A stretch of DNA of 64,000 nucleotides from an uncultured Caulobacterales bacterium (GCA_938009235.1 CALLIK010000004.1:365725-429724); one strand, 5' to 3'. Shown: positions 39,807 to 51,551, numbered from the stretch's first letter. The notes: a model not told the origin generated them from the sequence alone. Numbers and translations: made by a program.

Positions 39807-41018
39807 ATGATTAACGACTTAGTTGGCGACCTACGTTCATTCGTATTGCGTCATTTTCCAGAACGTCAAATCTATCTTCGCTCAGGTGGAGAGGTTAAGT
39901 ACTACGTGCTCTCAACTCGCCTTCAGCTTGCCGTAGTTTCTACAATTACCATCATGGCACTTTGGTGCTTGTACACAATGATTAACCTACTTGTGGGTCA
40001 CAACCCACTTCGGACATCAAGTCAGCAGATGCGCGTTGAGAAGGCTAATTATGAACGCATGATTGCAAACTCAAAGGCAAAAGAAGAAAATTCACGACTT
40101 ATGTTGGCGGAACAACGTAAGAATTTTGAGACTATGGCTCGTGAAATTCAGCAGAAACATCAAACACTATCGCAGATGATTGGAAATCAAACAGCGTCGT
40201 TCTCCACACCGGGTACTTCCAACGTTAAATACGTACCAAATAAAGTGCTAATGTCACCTATGACGAGAGACGCGACTCCACGAAAATCCCGTAGAGGCAT
40301 TATCAAAGAAGCTTCGCTTTCTACAGGTCTTGCTATAGACAATTCCCTACATGCGCTTGGCGACACGCAAGATGCTTACCTGATCTCAGCTGAGTTAGAG
40401 ACACTCAACAAAATTGAACGCAACCGCGCACTAATACAATCAACAGATATGGATGTAGAAACGGTCTTGTCCGAATCGCCATTTGGAAAAGGCGGACCAT
40501 TTATTTCGATGGATGGAATAACTACGAATGAAACTGGATTCGTATCAAGAGTTGCCGCCATTCAAGCGCGTACTGCAGAATCGGATGCATTAAATACGGC
40601 TGTCCAAGCTTTACCTTTGGGGCACCCAGTAAAGGGTGATACATACAGAACGTCAACCTTCGGATTACGTCACGACCCCTTTACAAAACGACCTACGATG
40701 CATCACGGGCTCGACTTCGGCGGGCAACGTCTTACTCCTATATTAGCGACGGCTGCAGGTGTAGTGACACGTTCAGGGCGTAATGGCACTTACGGTAAAT
40801 TTGTTGAAATCGATCACGGGCACGGTTTTAAAACGAGATATGGTCACTTGCATAAGACGTTTGTAAAACGCGGCCAAAAAGTGGATAAGGGCATCAAAAT
40901 TGGAGGCATGGGATCAACTGGGCGGAGCACCGCAACCCATCTCCACTACGAAATACATTTCCAAGGACGGGCCTATGACCCGAACAAGTTTCTGAAAGCT
41001 GGCCTTTATGTTCAATAA
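39807..41018 (+). CDS. lmdC: M23 peptidase, LmdC-like
   Basis: FPERQIYLRS N-terminal motif, TM helix, coiled coil, HHGLD and HLHYE; overlaps the bactofilin gene. Confidence 0.8.
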   Translation: MINDLVGDLRSFVLRHFPERQIYLRSGGEVKYYVLSTRLQLAVVSTITIMALWCLYTMINLLVGHNPLRTSSQQMRVEKANYERMIANSKAKEENSRLMLAEQRKNFETMAREIQQKHQTLSQMIGNQTASFSTPGTSNVKYVPNKVLMSPMTRDATPRKSRRGIIKEASLSTGLAIDNSLHALGDTQDAYLISAELETLNKIERNRALIQSTDMDVETVLSESPFGKGGPFISMDGITTNETGFVSRVAAIQARTAESDALNTAVQALPLGHPVKGDTYRTSTFGLRHDPFTKRPTMHHGLDFGGQRLTPILATAAGVVTRSGRNGTYGKFVEIDHGHGFKTRYGHLHKTFVKRGQKVDKGIKIGGMGSTGRSTATHLHYEIHFQGRAYDPNKFLKAGLYVQ

Positions 41019-41445
41019 AACAAACAATCCAACAAGCACTGCATCAACACCTAGTAAGGCTCCGGCCGCGTCATCTGCGCCCCGCACTTCTTCTGGTTCT
41101 GCTCCATCTATTTTAGGTCGTGACATTGTTATAACGGGCGACATTACGACAGATGGAGACGTTCAAATTGATGGACGTTTAGATGGCAACATCATTGCAG
41201 GTAACATTACAATTGGTGAGCAAGGCGCTGTAAACGGTAAAATAGTTGGGCAAAATGTTCATATTCGGGGTAAAGTGACAGGTACAGTCGAAAGTCTGGT
41301 AGTTGAATTATCAGAGACCGCAAATGTTCAGGCTGACCTCATACAAGATCAGCTTACCATAGCAAACGGCGCGTTCTTTGATGGAAAATGCTCGCGTAAA
41401 ACTACAAGCCCTACGTCAACGAAAGCTGCTAAAAAATCAGCTTAA
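41008..41445 (+). CDS. bacA: Bactofilin
   Basis: MFNK N-terminus; PSILGRDIVITGDI...IDGRLDGNI...GAFFDGKC beta-helix. Confidence 0.9.
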   Translation: MFNKTNNPTSTASTPSKAPAASSAPRTSSGSAPSILGRDIVITGDITTDGDVQIDGRLDGNIIAGNITIGEQGAVNGKIVGQNVHIRGKVTGTVESLVVELSETANVQADLIQDQLTIANGAFFDGKCSRKTTSPTSTKAAKKSA

Positions 41446-41467
41446 AAAAAAAACTGACTATATTTTT

Positions 41468-41496
41468 AAAAGCCGCTCTTTGAAGCGGCTTTTTTT
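41468..41496. terminator. Bidirectional intrinsic terminator between bactofilin and parC
   Basis: AAAAGCCGCT-CTTTGA-AGCGGCTTTTTTT between convergent genes. Confidence 0.85.
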
Positions 41497-41504
41497 ATAT
41501 GCCC

Positions 41505-43781
41505 TCAAAGCCCTCGGGACGGATCAAAACTGGACTTCCGAGAAAACCCACGCGGCGCCATACGTCCCGCTTGAGCCCGCTTTCCTTCTAATAATGTCCA
41601 ATCAGGAACATCATTTCGGCGCATAGATGTATCTAAGAAAGTCAGGCCAGTTTCCGAATTGAAAGTTGTGATATCAGCCAATCCACCGTCTTTAAACTTC
41701 TGTAAACGCACACCTTTACCACGTGACATTACTGGAAGTTCATCGATAGCAAAGATCAATATTTTTCTATTGTCACCAATAGTAGCGATCTTGTCGCCAT
41801 TGACCTGAATGACCCGTACAGCCTCAGAATCGCCCTTAACGTTCAGTGTCTTACGACCACCTTTTGTACTCGCTATAATGTCGGCTTCAGACACTCTGAA
41901 ACCATAACCATCATTACTCGCAACAAGTAGCTGCCGTTCTGGATCATGCACAAACATTCCAATTGGGTCGTGGTCGTTCTCTAAATCAACAAGAAGGCGA
42001 ATAGGTTCTCCATTCCCCCTCCCACCAGGTAGCTTGTCAGCAGTTAGCGTATAGAATTTACCATTTGTTGCAAAGACAATGATCTTATCAGTCGTTTCCG
42101 CTTGTACAGAAAACCCTAACTGGTCGCCTTCTTTGAATTTAACAGAAGAAAGATCATCCATCTTTCCTTTCAACACACGTATCCAGCCCTTCTCAGACAT
42201 GACGACAGTTATCGGTTCTTTCGTAATAAATGCTGTCGCAAGGTCAACGTTAATTTCTGGAGCTATATCAAACGTTGTGCGCCGCTTACCGATGTCTGTT
42301 TTTGGTCCATAGGCATCACGTATATCACGGACCTGCGATGCAATAGTATCCCACTGAAGACTATCTGTTGAGACTAACTTATCGAGCCCATCTCGTTCAG
42401 CTGAGAGCTTATCATGCTCTGTCTGGAGTTCAATTTCTTGGAGTTTATTCAAGGCTCGCAAACGCATATTCAAAATAGCATCTGCTTGACGTTCTGTCAG
42501 ATTGAAGGCTTTCATGAGCTCTTGTTTAGGGTGATCTTCAAACCGAATAATACGAATAACTTCATCAATATTAAGGAAGGCAATCATGTACCCATCGAGA
42601 ACCTCTATCCGGTCAGCGATTTTAGCCAGACGTTGTTTGGAGCGCCTCAAAAGCACAACGCGGCGGTGATCTAGCCAAGATTGAATGACCTCACGAAGAT
42701 CCATCACACGCGGCGTACGCGTCGCATCAAGGACATTCATATTCAAGCTGACCCGGCTCTCAAGTTCTGAAATCTTGAATAGACTCTCCATTAGAAGCGC
42801 AGGATCAATATTCTTACTCCGAGGCTCCAGTACAATGCGAATATCTTCAGCGCTTTCATCTCTGACATCGATAAGGCCTGGAGATTTTTTCAATTCAATA
42901 ACTTCAGCCAATTTTTCAATCAGGCGTGATTTTTGTACCTGATATGGAATTTCTGTGATGATTATTTGGTATTGTCCGCGGCCAGTGTCCTCAACACTCC
43001 ACCTAGCACGAACCTTAAATCCGCCTCGGCCAGTTCTATAACTCTCAAGCATTGATTCTTGTGGCTCTACAATTATGCCGCCCGTAGGAAGGTCTGGTCC
43101 AAGAATAAAGTTCATCAAAGTCTCGACCCGAGCATTCGGAGTTTTGATAAGGTGCAGCGCTGCGCTGCAAATCTCGGCAGCATTATGCGGAGGAATAGAT
43201 GTCGCCATACCAACAGCAATCCCTTGAGAGCCATTCGCCAATAAGTTAGGGAAGCCAGCAGGCAGAACCAGAGGCTCTTCGTCTTCTTCATTATAGGTGG
43301 GTACAAAGTCGACTGCGTCTTCTTCTAAGCCCGCAAGAAGAGCTACGCCTGCCGATGTCATCTTAGCTTCCGTATATCGCATAGCCGCAGGGCTATCTCC
43401 ATCGATATTACCAAAGTTCCCCTGCCCGTCGACTAAGGGATAACGCGATGCGAATGATTGTGAGAGTTTCACAAGCGCATCATAAATCGATGCGTCACCA
43501 TGAGGGTGATATTGCCCCATAACGTCACCAACAATTCTGGCGGATTTCTTGTGAGAATTTTCGGGGCTAAGCTTCAACTGCCGCATCGCAAAAAGAATGC
43601 GTCTATGAACAGGTTTCAGTCCATCACGTACATCAGGCAAAGCCCGTTGCGTAATTGTAGACAAGGCATAGGCAAGATAACGTGACGACAAAGCCGTATC
43701 GAAATGCTCTTCAATAATAGCGTTTTGCGGAACGCCGTTATCACCGCTTTTAGGTTTTTTAGTTTTGGGGGTCTTCGCCAT
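41505..43781 (-). CDS. parC: DNA topoisomerase IV subunit A
   Basis: [29 protein letters not shown]; 758 aa. Confidence 0.95.
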   Translation of the reverse strand: MAKTPKTKKPKSGDNGVPQNAIIEEHFDTALSSRYLAYALSTITQRALPDVRDGLKPVHRRILFAMRQLKLSPENSHKKSARIVGDVMGQYHPHGDASIYDALVKLSQSFASRYPLVDGQGNFGNIDGDSPAAMRYTEAKMTSAGVALLAGLEEDAVDFVPTYNEEDEEPLVLPAGFPNLLANGSQGIAVGMATSIPPHNAAEICSAALHLIKTPNARVETLMNFILGPDLPTGGIIVEPQESMLESYRTGRGGFKVRARWSVEDTGRGQYQIIITEIPYQVQKSRLIEKLAEVIELKKSPGLIDVRDESAEDIRIVLEPRSKNIDPALLMESLFKISELESRVSLNMNVLDATRTPRVMDLREVIQSWLDHRRVVLLRRSKQRLAKIADRIEVLDGYMIAFLNIDEVIRIIRFEDHPKQELMKAFNLTERQADAILNMRLRALNKLQEIELQTEHDKLSAERDGLDKLVSTDSLQWDTIASQVRDIRDAYGPKTDIGKRRTTFDIAPEINVDLATAFITKEPITVVMSEKGWIRVLKGKMDDLSSVKFKEGDQLGFSVQAETTDKIIVFATNGKFYTLTADKLPGGRGNGEPIRLLVDLENDHDPIGMFVHDPERQLLVASNDGYGFRVSEADIIASTKGGRKTLNVKGDSEAVRVIQVNGDKIATIGDNRKILIFAIDELPVMSRGKGVRLQKFKDGGLADITTFNSETGLTFLDTSMRRNDVPDWTLLEGKRAQAGRMAPRGFSRKSSFDPSRGL

Positions 43782-43856
43782 GGAACGGACGCGCCTTTCG
43801 AATCACTTGAACTACGTTACCAAAACAACGGGTCGCATGCGTAGAAAACCGCATAT

Positions 43857-44597
43857 TTATTGGGGATTAGCGACAAAACCTTTTGCCAATAGCCTATCCA
43901 TCATAACACGGCGTGCCTCGGGCAGGGTTCGGTTGACCTCCCATTGAACGCGAGTCTCCAAAAAGTAACCCGTTAAACGCAAGCCTGCAGAGATATCTTC
44001 TGGAGTTGCTTGTCCCTCGCCTCTCATAAAACCAGGCAGTCTCAGCATTTTATCACCATATGGCAGTGCAGATTCAGTACAAACGGCACGTCCAGACCTT
44101 GGCGATACATGTGTTAAGTTCTCTGTGGTTCCAGTCGCAGCGCAGGTGGAGAGATCTAAACCATAGCCAAGAGCGGCGAGGAGCCCTGCTTCCCACCGAA
44201 CATAAAGCGCCGGCCAAACCTCAGGATTATCAAGCTGAGAGACTACAATAGAAAATACGTCATGTAGTGCTGGGTACGCTTCTCTTTCGGGCAAGAGTTC
44301 TCGCGTCATAACGCAAAGTGCATTCAGACCTGCAAGACTAAGCCGGTCATCCATCAATTCAGCTGAGCGGCTGTCTATAGCTTCTAGGGTGTAATACCCG
44401 AGATGCTCTTCTAAACGCCCATGCCAATCTACTGTGACCCGATTACCTGGTTGTAGTACAGGACGTAACCTTCGCCCTGTTCCGCCTCTAACAAGTCCAG
44501 GGTGTCTGCCTTTTTCACGCGTAAAAACCTCGATTATCGCCGAGGTTTCTCCATGTTTCCGACTGCTAAGAACATACCCTTCGGCGGACCAATCCAT
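43857..44597 (-). CDS. recO: DNA repair protein RecO
   Basis: HGETSAI, LQPGN, CAATG, VSPRSGRAV; follows era. Confidence 0.93.
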   Translation of the reverse strand: MDWSAEGYVLSSRKHGETSAIIEVFTREKGRHPGLVRGGTGRRLRPVLQPGNRVTVDWHGRLEEHLGYYTLEAIDSRSAELMDDRLSLAGLNALCVMTRELLPEREAYPALHDVFSIVVSQLDNPEVWPALYVRWEAGLLAALGYGLDLSTCAATGTTENLTHVSPRSGRAVCTESALPYGDKMLRLPGFMRGEGQATPEDISAGLRLTGYFLETRVQWEVNRTLPEARRVMMDRLLAKGFVANPQ

Positions 44598-44600
44598 AGA

Positions 44601-45554
44601 TTATACGTCGAACTCCAACCCCATTCCCGTATAACGGGCCTGATCGTCTTTCCACTTGTCACGCACCTTAACGAACAAGAATAGATGAACCTTGCGTCCC
44701 AACCAGTCTTGCATATCGCGTCGCGCGGCTGCGCCGATATCTTTGATCGTTTTCCCGCCCTTGCCTAAAACGATAGGTTTTTGAGAGTTGCGGCGAACAT
44801 AGATAACTTGCTCAATTCGAACGTCGCCGCTTTTAAGTTCTTTCCACGCCTCTGTTTCGACCATGCTCATATATGGCAACTCATCATGAAGTCGTAGGAA
44901 GAGCTTCTCTCGCGTAATTTCCGCAGCCATCAGACGTGAAGGAATATCTGCCGCTTGGTCAGTGGGATAAAGGAATGGCCCCTCAGGCATGGCGTTTGCG
45001 AGTGCAGATGAAAGCTTATCAATACCGTCGCCATTCGTAGCGGACGTCATGAATATCTGAGAATAGACCTCCATTTCATTGAATTCAGCAATCAGAGGCA
45101 GGACAATATCATGCGCAATTTCATCAATCTTATTCAAAACTAAATAGGCAGTCGCGCGTCTTTTCTTCAAGCCACTAGCCACGTTTTTAGTATCGTCTAC
45201 CGAAAGTCGGTCTTGCGCACCGCCAGTTCCATTTTGTTGACGCACCCAGGCAGGCGCATCCACAACATGGACAATCAAATTACTATCATCCGCACCGGTC
45301 CAAGCGGCATGCACCATAGATTTAGCTAGGCGGTCAGACTCGTTCGGAGAGAAAATACCGGGCGTATCAACAATGACCACTTGAGAGTCTTGCTGATCTT
45401 CAGTCTTCAGCATCGCAATAGCACGAATTTGAAAGCGTGTCGTTTGAACCTTATGGGTAACGATCGAGACTTTCTCTCCAACCAAGGCATTAGTTAGAGT
45501 AGATTTACCTGCGTTTGGAGCGCCAACAATTGCGGCGAAACCTGCTCGAGTCAT
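44601..45554 (-). CDS. era: GTPase Era
   Basis: GAPNAGKST, QTTR, DTPG, NKID, KH domain. Confidence 0.95.
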   Translation of the reverse strand: MTRAGFAAIVGAPNAGKSTLTNALVGEKVSIVTHKVQTTRFQIRAIAMLKTEDQQDSQVVIVDTPGIFSPNESDRLAKSMVHAAWTGADDSNLIVHVVDAPAWVRQQNGTGGAQDRLSVDDTKNVASGLKKRRATAYLVLNKIDEIAHDIVLPLIAEFNEMEVYSQIFMTSATNGDGIDKLSSALANAMPEGPFLYPTDQAADIPSRLMAAEITREKLFLRLHDELPYMSMVETEAWKELKSGDVRIEQVIYVRRNSQKPIVLGKGGKTIKDIGAAARRDMQDWLGRKVHLFLFVKVRDKWKDDQARYTGMGLEFDV

Positions 45555-46252
45555 GATGGCCATCCTTCTAGGAGATGTGCGGCGGCGAAGCGTTCAGCAT
45601 CACGTTTTGATTTTCCCGTGCCTTGCGCACTCCCGATACCATCCACACTAACTTGGATGACAAATAGAGGGCGATGGTCAGGACCACTTCGTTCTTTAAT
45701 TTCGTATTTTGGTAGAGTTTGTCCCACCACCATTGCGCGTTCTTGCAATTCAGTCTTTGGGTCTTTGGCGGATTTCCGAACGACTTCAGCCAATATAGGT
45801 TGCCAAAATCTATCATAGAATTTCTTAGCTTCAACATAGCCCCCATCAAGATAAATAGCAGCAATAAGAGCTTCGCAGCCATCGCCGAGAATTGATGTTT
45901 TCTCTCGACCCCCTTGACGGTCCTCGGATGAGGATAAGAGCAGCGCGTCGCCCAAAATAACTTCCCTTGCGACTTGGGCGCAGGTTTCCTTGCGCACCAA
46001 TGCGTTCAAGCGCCGTGCAAGTGTGCCTTCAGCTTCAGATGAATAATGGTAGAGCGCTGCCGCTGTCATCAAACCTAAAACACGGTCTCCAAGAAACTCT
46101 AGACGTTCATTATCTGGAGCCGAGCGTTGGCCGTCTCCGTAAGAGCTATGCGTCATCGCTCGAACAAGTAAATCCGTATCCGTAAATGAGTAACCGATAC
46201 GATCTTCAAGACCTCGCAAACGCGGGTAACGACCTTCTCCAACTAAGCTCAT
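45551..46252 (-). CDS. rnc: Ribonuclease III
   Basis: NERLEFLGDRVLG and a dsRBD. Confidence 0.96.
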   Translation of the reverse strand: MSLVGEGRYPRLRGLEDRIGYSFTDTDLLVRAMTHSSYGDGQRSAPDNERLEFLGDRVLGLMTAAALYHYSSEAEGTLARRLNALVRKETCAQVAREVILGDALLLSSSEDRQGGREKTSILGDGCEALIAAIYLDGGYVEAKKFYDRFWQPILAEVVRKSAKDPKTELQERAMVVGQTLPKYEIKERSGPDHRPLFVIQVSVDGIGSAQGTGKSKRDAERFAAAHLLEGWPS

Positions 46253-47013
46253 TTGATATCCTTAAACCAACGATCACTGCGCATGTTGGACCACGTCCAA
46301 GGTTTAAATATCACAAAATCATCATTCACAGACAGTAAAACGATTTCAGCCTTCCCGATAATGTTCTCTTTAGGCACCATGCCTACGCCGCCCTCATCAA
46401 AGGTTAAGCGACTGTCTAAAGAGTCATCACGGTTATCGCCCATCATGAAGTAGTAACCGGATGGGACAGGAAATGGTTTAGTATTGTCAAGGCGGTCGCC
46501 CTTCTGCAAGTTTAATACTTGATGTACGTTTCCGTTCGAGAACGTTTCAAGCTGCAACTCTCCAGTCCGAGCATTGCTATATTGATGTGTTCCGTCAATT
46601 TCGATTCCAACAGGTTTCCCATTGATATGCAATAATCCGTTCTTCATCTGAATTTGATCGCCCGGCAGTCCTATGACCCGCTTGATAAAATCTTTATCGT
46701 AACCTGCTGGACGAAAAACAATAACGTCACCACGCTCCAACTCTCGTTCAAATATACGACCTTTTCTTACAGGAAATGGAAATGGCGTCGCGGCATGACG
46801 ACCGTAACCAACGCTATATTTAGACGTGATAATATAATCGCCTTTGACCAAACCAGGCACCATAGAGCCCGAAGGAATATGGAATGGTTGAAATACAAAG
46901 GTCCTTAAAACGAAAGCAATTCCCAAAGCCCACAATATAGTAGAAATTGTTTCTCGAAAGCCGCCCTTAGCATCAGATTCGTCAGTATCCATTGTTTCAA
47001 TTACCTTGCTCAT
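46249..47013 (-). CDS. lepB: Signal peptidase I
   Basis: IPSGSM, FIKRVIGLPGD, GDNRDDSLDSR. Confidence 0.95.
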   Translation of the reverse strand: MSKVIETMDTDESDAKGGFRETISTILWALGIAFVLRTFVFQPFHIPSGSMVPGLVKGDYIITSKYSVGYGRHAATPFPFPVRKGRIFERELERGDVIVFRPAGYDKDFIKRVIGLPGDQIQMKNGLLHINGKPVGIEIDGTHQYSNARTGELQLETFSNGNVHQVLNLQKGDRLDNTKPFPVPSGYYFMMGDNRDDSLDSRLTFDEGGVGMVPKENIIGKAEIVLLSVNDDFVIFKPWTWSNMRSDRWFKDIK

Positions 47014-47423
47014 GACGCCTGTCTAACGCTTGGGGCAGCTTCGGCAATCGCAAATGCAGTCGCATATGGATAATCATCAGAAAGAGAGACGTGTAAATTC
47101 AACACATGGCCAGACGGACAGAGCGAAACAGACCGGGCAAGAGCATCTCCGAGTAAACTAACCACGGGGCGACCCGATGGATCATTCTGAATGGATACGG
47201 ATAACCAGCTCAAACTTCCTGTATCAGGTCCAGAAAGAGCCTTGGCGACAGCCTCTTTCGCAGCAAAGCGTTTAGCATAGCTCATGCCGGGACGGGCTTG
47301 AGCCTCGCAATAGCCCTGCTCTTCAGCCGTAAAAGTTTTGTTGAGAAACCGCTTTCCGAACTTATCTATAGATTGTTCAATTCTGCGAATATCGCAAATA
47401 TCGGTTCCCACACCTAAAATCAT
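47010..47423 (-). CDS. acpS: Holo-ACP synthase
   Basis: GVGTDI, FAAKEA, HVSLSD. Confidence 0.94.
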   Translation of the reverse strand: MILGVGTDICDIRRIEQSIDKFGKRFLNKTFTAEEQGYCEAQARPGMSYAKRFAAKEAVAKALSGPDTGSLSWLSVSIQNDPSGRPVVSLLGDALARSVSLCPSGHVLNLHVSLSDDYPYATAFAIAEAAPSVRQAS

Positions 47424-48175
47424 GACTCGCGACTATCCATGACAATACGGCGCATCTCGCTAATGGCGGGATCAAGGCCGAGGAATATAGCTTCACCAAT
47501 TATAAAGTGACCGATATTTAGCTCCATACATTCTGGAATATCTGCGATGCGAGACACATTTTCATAGGTGAGCCCGTGACCAAAATGAACCTCTAGACCA
47601 AGCGATGCAGCCAGTTTCGCAGATTGCGTGAACGCTTCAACATAGGCATCCGCTTTTATCTCATCCCCGTCATCCAGTGCATGCGCATAAGCTCCAGTGT
47701 GGAACTCAACGACGTCTGCACCAGATCTAGCGGCGGCTTGAATTTGAGGCTCTACCGCCTCAATGAAAAGCGAAACACGCGATCCATTGTCTTTCAATGC
47801 TCTAACGATGGGCGCTATTGTATTATGTCCAGCGGCGACATCTAAGCCGCCTTCAGTCGTCCGTTCTTCTCGGCGCTCGGGTACAATGCAAACGGCTTTA
47901 GGTTTGAGCTCTAAAGCAATTTTAAGCATCTCAGTCGTAGCTGCCATTTCCATATTCAATGGAATGTTTTCACTTTCACAAAGCAATTGCAAACGCACCA
48001 TATCTTCGTCACGCATATGGCGCCGATCTTCACGCAGATGAGCCGTGATCCCGTCTGCGCCAGCTTGTATAGCGGCGTAAGCTCCCGCGATTGGGTCTGG
48101 ATGATCTCCACCACGCGCATTACGGATAGTCGCGATATGGTCTATATTTATACCAAGTCGCGGCAGAGACTTCAT
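47420..48175 (-). CDS. pdxJ: Pyridoxine 5'-phosphate synthase
   Basis: [27 protein letters not shown]. Confidence 0.96.
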   Translation of the reverse strand: MKSLPRLGINIDHIATIRNARGGDHPDPIAGAYAAIQAGADGITAHLREDRRHMRDEDMVRLQLLCESENIPLNMEMAATTEMLKIALELKPKAVCIVPERREERTTEGGLDVAAGHNTIAPIVRALKDNGSRVSLFIEAVEPQIQAAARSGADVVEFHTGAYAHALDDGDEIKADAYVEAFTQSAKLAASLGLEVHFGHGLTYENVSRIADIPECMELNIGHFIIGEAIFLGLDPAISEMRRIVMDSRES

Positions 48176-48759
48176 GAGAGTCCTCGGCTGCCTGGTTTAA
48201 TGGCAGGAATATCTACAAGTTCAGCCGGCAAATCATTCGGGTCATAATCAGGGAAGCGTTTGGCGGCCAAACTCACAAGTGGCACACCAATATCTGCTTC
48301 ACCATTCGAGCGATCAAAAATGCACGCTCCTGCAATGATATTAGCGCCTGTTTCAGCCGTGATCGCAGCGATACATTCACGCGAAGACAACCCTGTCGTG
48401 ACGATATCTTCTACCATGAGTACTCGTGCACCTGGCTTAATTGTAAACCCACGGCGTAGCGTGAACTTTCCGTCCACGCGTTCGACGAACAACGAGTCGA
48501 TACCCATGTGCCGAGCTGTTTCATATCCTGGAATAACACCGCCCATTGCAGGTGCAATAATAACATCAGGTTGAATATCCAGCGTGGCATTCACCTTCTC
48601 AGCTAAGGCCTTACAGACCTTTTCCGTTAAACGCGGATTTTGAAATATCAGTGCCTTTTGAAGGAAAACTGAACTCCTTCTGCCTGAAGACAGGATGAAG
48701 TGTCCCTCAAGTAAAGCTCCCGCTTCACGAAAAACATCTAGAACATCATCAGTATTCAT
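48172..48759 (-). CDS. pyrE: Orotate phosphoribosyltransferase
   Basis: [23 protein letters not shown]. Confidence 0.93.
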   Translation of the reverse strand: MNTDDVLDVFREAGALLEGHFILSSGRRSSVFLQKALIFQNPRLTEKVCKALAEKVNATLDIQPDVIIAPAMGGVIPGYETARHMGIDSLFVERVDGKFTLRRGFTIKPGARVLMVEDIVTTGLSSRECIAAITAETGANIIAGACIFDRSNGEADIGVPLVSLAAKRFPDYDPNDLPAELVDIPAIKPGSRGLS

Positions 48760-48762
48760 GGA

Positions 48763-50997
48763 TCAAGCTTTCAGGTGATTAGGTAGCGCACGGCTACGGT
48801 TGACTTTGACTACATATGCAGAGGCACGCAATGCAGCAATAATAGACATCAGGTGACGGTTATCCCTAACTTCAATATCTATAATCATATCGAAAAAAGT
48901 TGGGCTTCGTATAACTGTTTTAATATTCATAAGATTGCCATTTGAATCCCCAATAATCTTAGTCACATCCGCAAGTGCGCCCGGAATATGCTGCACTGTC
49001 AAAACCATTCTACCCGTCGACGCGGTTTGGTTAGCCGCCCGACGCCACCCAAGATCAATCCAGCTTTCAAGAGAATCCTCTTTAGCCGCAAGTTCGTCGC
49101 AATCTATAGTGTGAATGTCGATGCCGCGTCCTGCTTCTTGTAAACCTATTATCCGGTCGCCAAGTATAGGTGAACAACAGGGGGCAAGGTGTAAACCATG
49201 CCCTGGGTTCAAGCCATCGCCTTTAACGTAAAGACCAACACTGTCATCATCAATCAGGTCAAAATCTTGAACGTCGCCTTCTTCTTGAACGTCAGCACGT
49301 CCAGGAAAAACGGCTTCGACAAATTGATTCATAGACAGCTCGCCTCGCCCTAAAGTCTCGAACAATGTGTCTTCATCTGAAATCTTTAAGCGTTTCAAAG
49401 AATCCGTCAGCACAACATCATCTATAGATATGCCATTACGCCTGAAGGCGTGTAGAGCCAATGTTTCTCCGATACGACGAAACTCTTCAGACTCACCCGT
49501 ACGCGTTAAACGTCTTAATGCCTGTCTGGCTCTCCCCGTAACGGCTATACTTTCCCAACCAATTTGGGGTTCAGGTGCGCCGCCGCGAATAACCTTTATG
49601 ACATCACCATTTTCGAGCTGTGTTCGAAGCGGCACATCACGTCCATTTACGATGGCCCCAATGCAAGTGTCACCAACTTTAGTATGTACGGCATAGGCAA
49701 AATCGATTGGAGATGCACCGCGTGGCAATGCAATCAAATCACCTTTGGGCGTAAAGGTAAAAACTTGATCCGTGAACATTTCTAATTTCACATTGTCTAA
49801 GAATTCATCAGCATCACCACTGTGTTCCATCATCTCTACAAGAGGGCGGATACGGCGCAATGGATCGCCCCCTGAAGCATTGGCTCTAACTGGGTCGTAG
49901 GCATAGCTTTCATCTTTATACGCCCAATGCGCCGCTACACCGCGAATGGCAACATCCTCCATCCTTTCGGTCCGTATTTGAACCTCTACACGGCGGTTTT
50001 CAGATGTCTGAATTGTCGTATGTAAAGATTGATAACCGTTGGGCTTTGGTACGGAAATAAAATCACGAAAGCGAGCAGGCATCGCCCGGAACTCTCCGTG
50101 AAGTATGCCTAATACCTGATAACAAGTTTCCCTATTTTTGACGATTACACGAAAGGCATAAATATCAGCAACATCATCAAAGCTAATATTTTGACGTTGG
50201 AGCTTTCTCCAAATCGCATAAGCGCGCTTTTCACGCCCATAAACACGAACGCCCTCGACACCAGCTTTGCTTAATGTGTCCTTCAACGCTGTAAACACCT
50301 GACTGATGGCCTCATCTTGTGACGTACGCCAAACAACAAGGCGCTTTTCAATACTTTCAAAAGCGGCTGGATTAATATGACAAAATGATAAATCTTCAAG
50401 TTCCGAGCAAATTTTATCCACGCCGATACGTCTGGCTAATGGCGCAAATATTTCTAGCGTTTCGCGAGCGATCCGCTCACGAGAACTCTGCTTTGGATGA
50501 TGCTCAAGGGTTCGCATATTATGCAAACGATCGCAGATCTTTACGAGTAAAACTCGAACGTCCTTAGATACCGCCAAAATGAATTTTTGAAAATTCTCGG
50601 CTTGGGCGCTTTCGCGAGATAGGTTTGGACGAGACATCTCGACCTGGCCTAGTTTCGTTACACCGTCCACCAACTCAGCGATCTCAGGCGTAAACTCCTG
50701 CGCGAGTTCTTCTACTGTCGCATCTGTATCTTCCAAAACATCATGTAAAAGCGCTGTGCATATTGTTGCTACATCAAGATGCAAAGACGCGACAATGCCA
50801 GCAACCTCAATTGGGTGCGCGTAATATGGGTCACCAGAATGTCGGAGTTGTTTCCCATGCGCCTGCACGGAGTAAACATAGGCTTTGTTTAACAGTGCTT
50901 CATCTGCAGATGGGTCGTATTTTTTTACAAGCTCAACCAGCTCATACTGACGCAAAAAGCGCAATGGCTTTTTGGCGGGGGATATTTCAACAGTCAT
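48763..50997 (-). CDS. spoT: Bifunctional (p)ppGpp synthetase/hydrolase
   Basis: HD domain (LLHDVLED), PKPNGYQSLH, EVQIRT, TGS and ACT domains; start placed downstream of the terminator. Confidence 0.95.
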   Translation of the reverse strand: MTVEISPAKKPLRFLRQYELVELVKKYDPSADEALLNKAYVYSVQAHGKQLRHSGDPYYAHPIEVAGIVASLHLDVATICTALLHDVLEDTDATVEELAQEFTPEIAELVDGVTKLGQVEMSRPNLSRESAQAENFQKFILAVSKDVRVLLVKICDRLHNMRTLEHHPKQSSRERIARETLEIFAPLARRIGVDKICSELEDLSFCHINPAAFESIEKRLVVWRTSQDEAISQVFTALKDTLSKAGVEGVRVYGREKRAYAIWRKLQRQNISFDDVADIYAFRVIVKNRETCYQVLGILHGEFRAMPARFRDFISVPKPNGYQSLHTTIQTSENRRVEVQIRTERMEDVAIRGVAAHWAYKDESYAYDPVRANASGGDPLRRIRPLVEMMEHSGDADEFLDNVKLEMFTDQVFTFTPKGDLIALPRGASPIDFAYAVHTKVGDTCIGAIVNGRDVPLRTQLENGDVIKVIRGGAPEPQIGWESIAVTGRARQALRRLTRTGESEEFRRIGETLALHAFRRNGISIDDVVLTDSLKRLKISDEDTLFETLGRGELSMNQFVEAVFPGRADVQEEGDVQDFDLIDDDSVGLYVKGDGLNPGHGLHLAPCCSPILGDRIIGLQEAGRGIDIHTIDCDELAAKEDSLESWIDLGWRRAANQTASTGRMVLTVQHIPGALADVTKIIGDSNGNLMNIKTVIRSPTFFDMIIDIEVRDNRHLMSIIAALRASAYVVKVNRSRALPNHLKA

Positions 50998-51041
50998 ATT
51001 CACTATAAAATCTATAGGCCTAGCCGCCACAAACAACCAAC

Positions 51042-51065
51042 AAAAAAGCCGCCTCAAAGGGCGGC
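51042..51065 (-). terminator. Intrinsic terminator between rpoZ and spoT
   Basis: Minus strand GCCGCC-CTTTGA-GGCGGC-TTTTTT. Confidence 0.75.
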
Positions 51066-51089
51066 AATTTCATCATATTTTAGTGCGAT

Positions 51090-51464
51090 CTAAAAGCGCG
51101 AAGAACTATCGTTGTCGCGATCACCTTGAAGGGCACGCAAGACATCTGCCTCGGACATTTCAGCTTTTGGTTCAGCGTCGCCATGACCAAGCGCCAATAC
51201 AGGCGCGTCTTCTTGCTCATCAGGTAGATCATCGTCTTGAATAACGCGCTGCAAGCCGACAACAAGTGACTCACGAAGGTCGTTCAACACAAGTGTTTCC
51301 TCTGCAAGTTCTCTCAATGAAACAACTGGGGTTTTATCGTTGTCGCGCTCAATCGTAAGCGGTGAACCCGCAGCAATATTACGTGAACGATGTGATGCAA
51401 GAAGCACAAGATCGAAACGGTTAGGTACTTTTTCGATGCAGTCTTCTACGGTAACGCGTGCCAT
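51090..51464 (-). CDS. rpoZ: RNA polymerase omega subunit
   Basis: MARVTVEDC...NRFDLVL...[12 protein letters not shown]. Confidence 0.96.
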   Translation of the reverse strand: MARVTVEDCIEKVPNRFDLVLLASHRSRNIAAGSPLTIERDNDKTPVVSLRELAEETLVLNDLRESLVVGLQRVIQDDDLPDEQEDAPVLALGHGDAEPKAEMSEADVLRALQGDRDNDSSSRF

Positions 51465-51551
51465 GTTCACTCCAATACAAAAAGGCCGTTACGAGACGAC
51501 CTAAGTTCTGGAGGCGCTTCTAATCACAAATATCAATTCAATCAACCGTAA

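Noticed and set aside
50998..51057. N-terminal extension of SpoT in the ORF track
   Set aside because: Starts inside the terminator hairpin; ATG 50997 fits better
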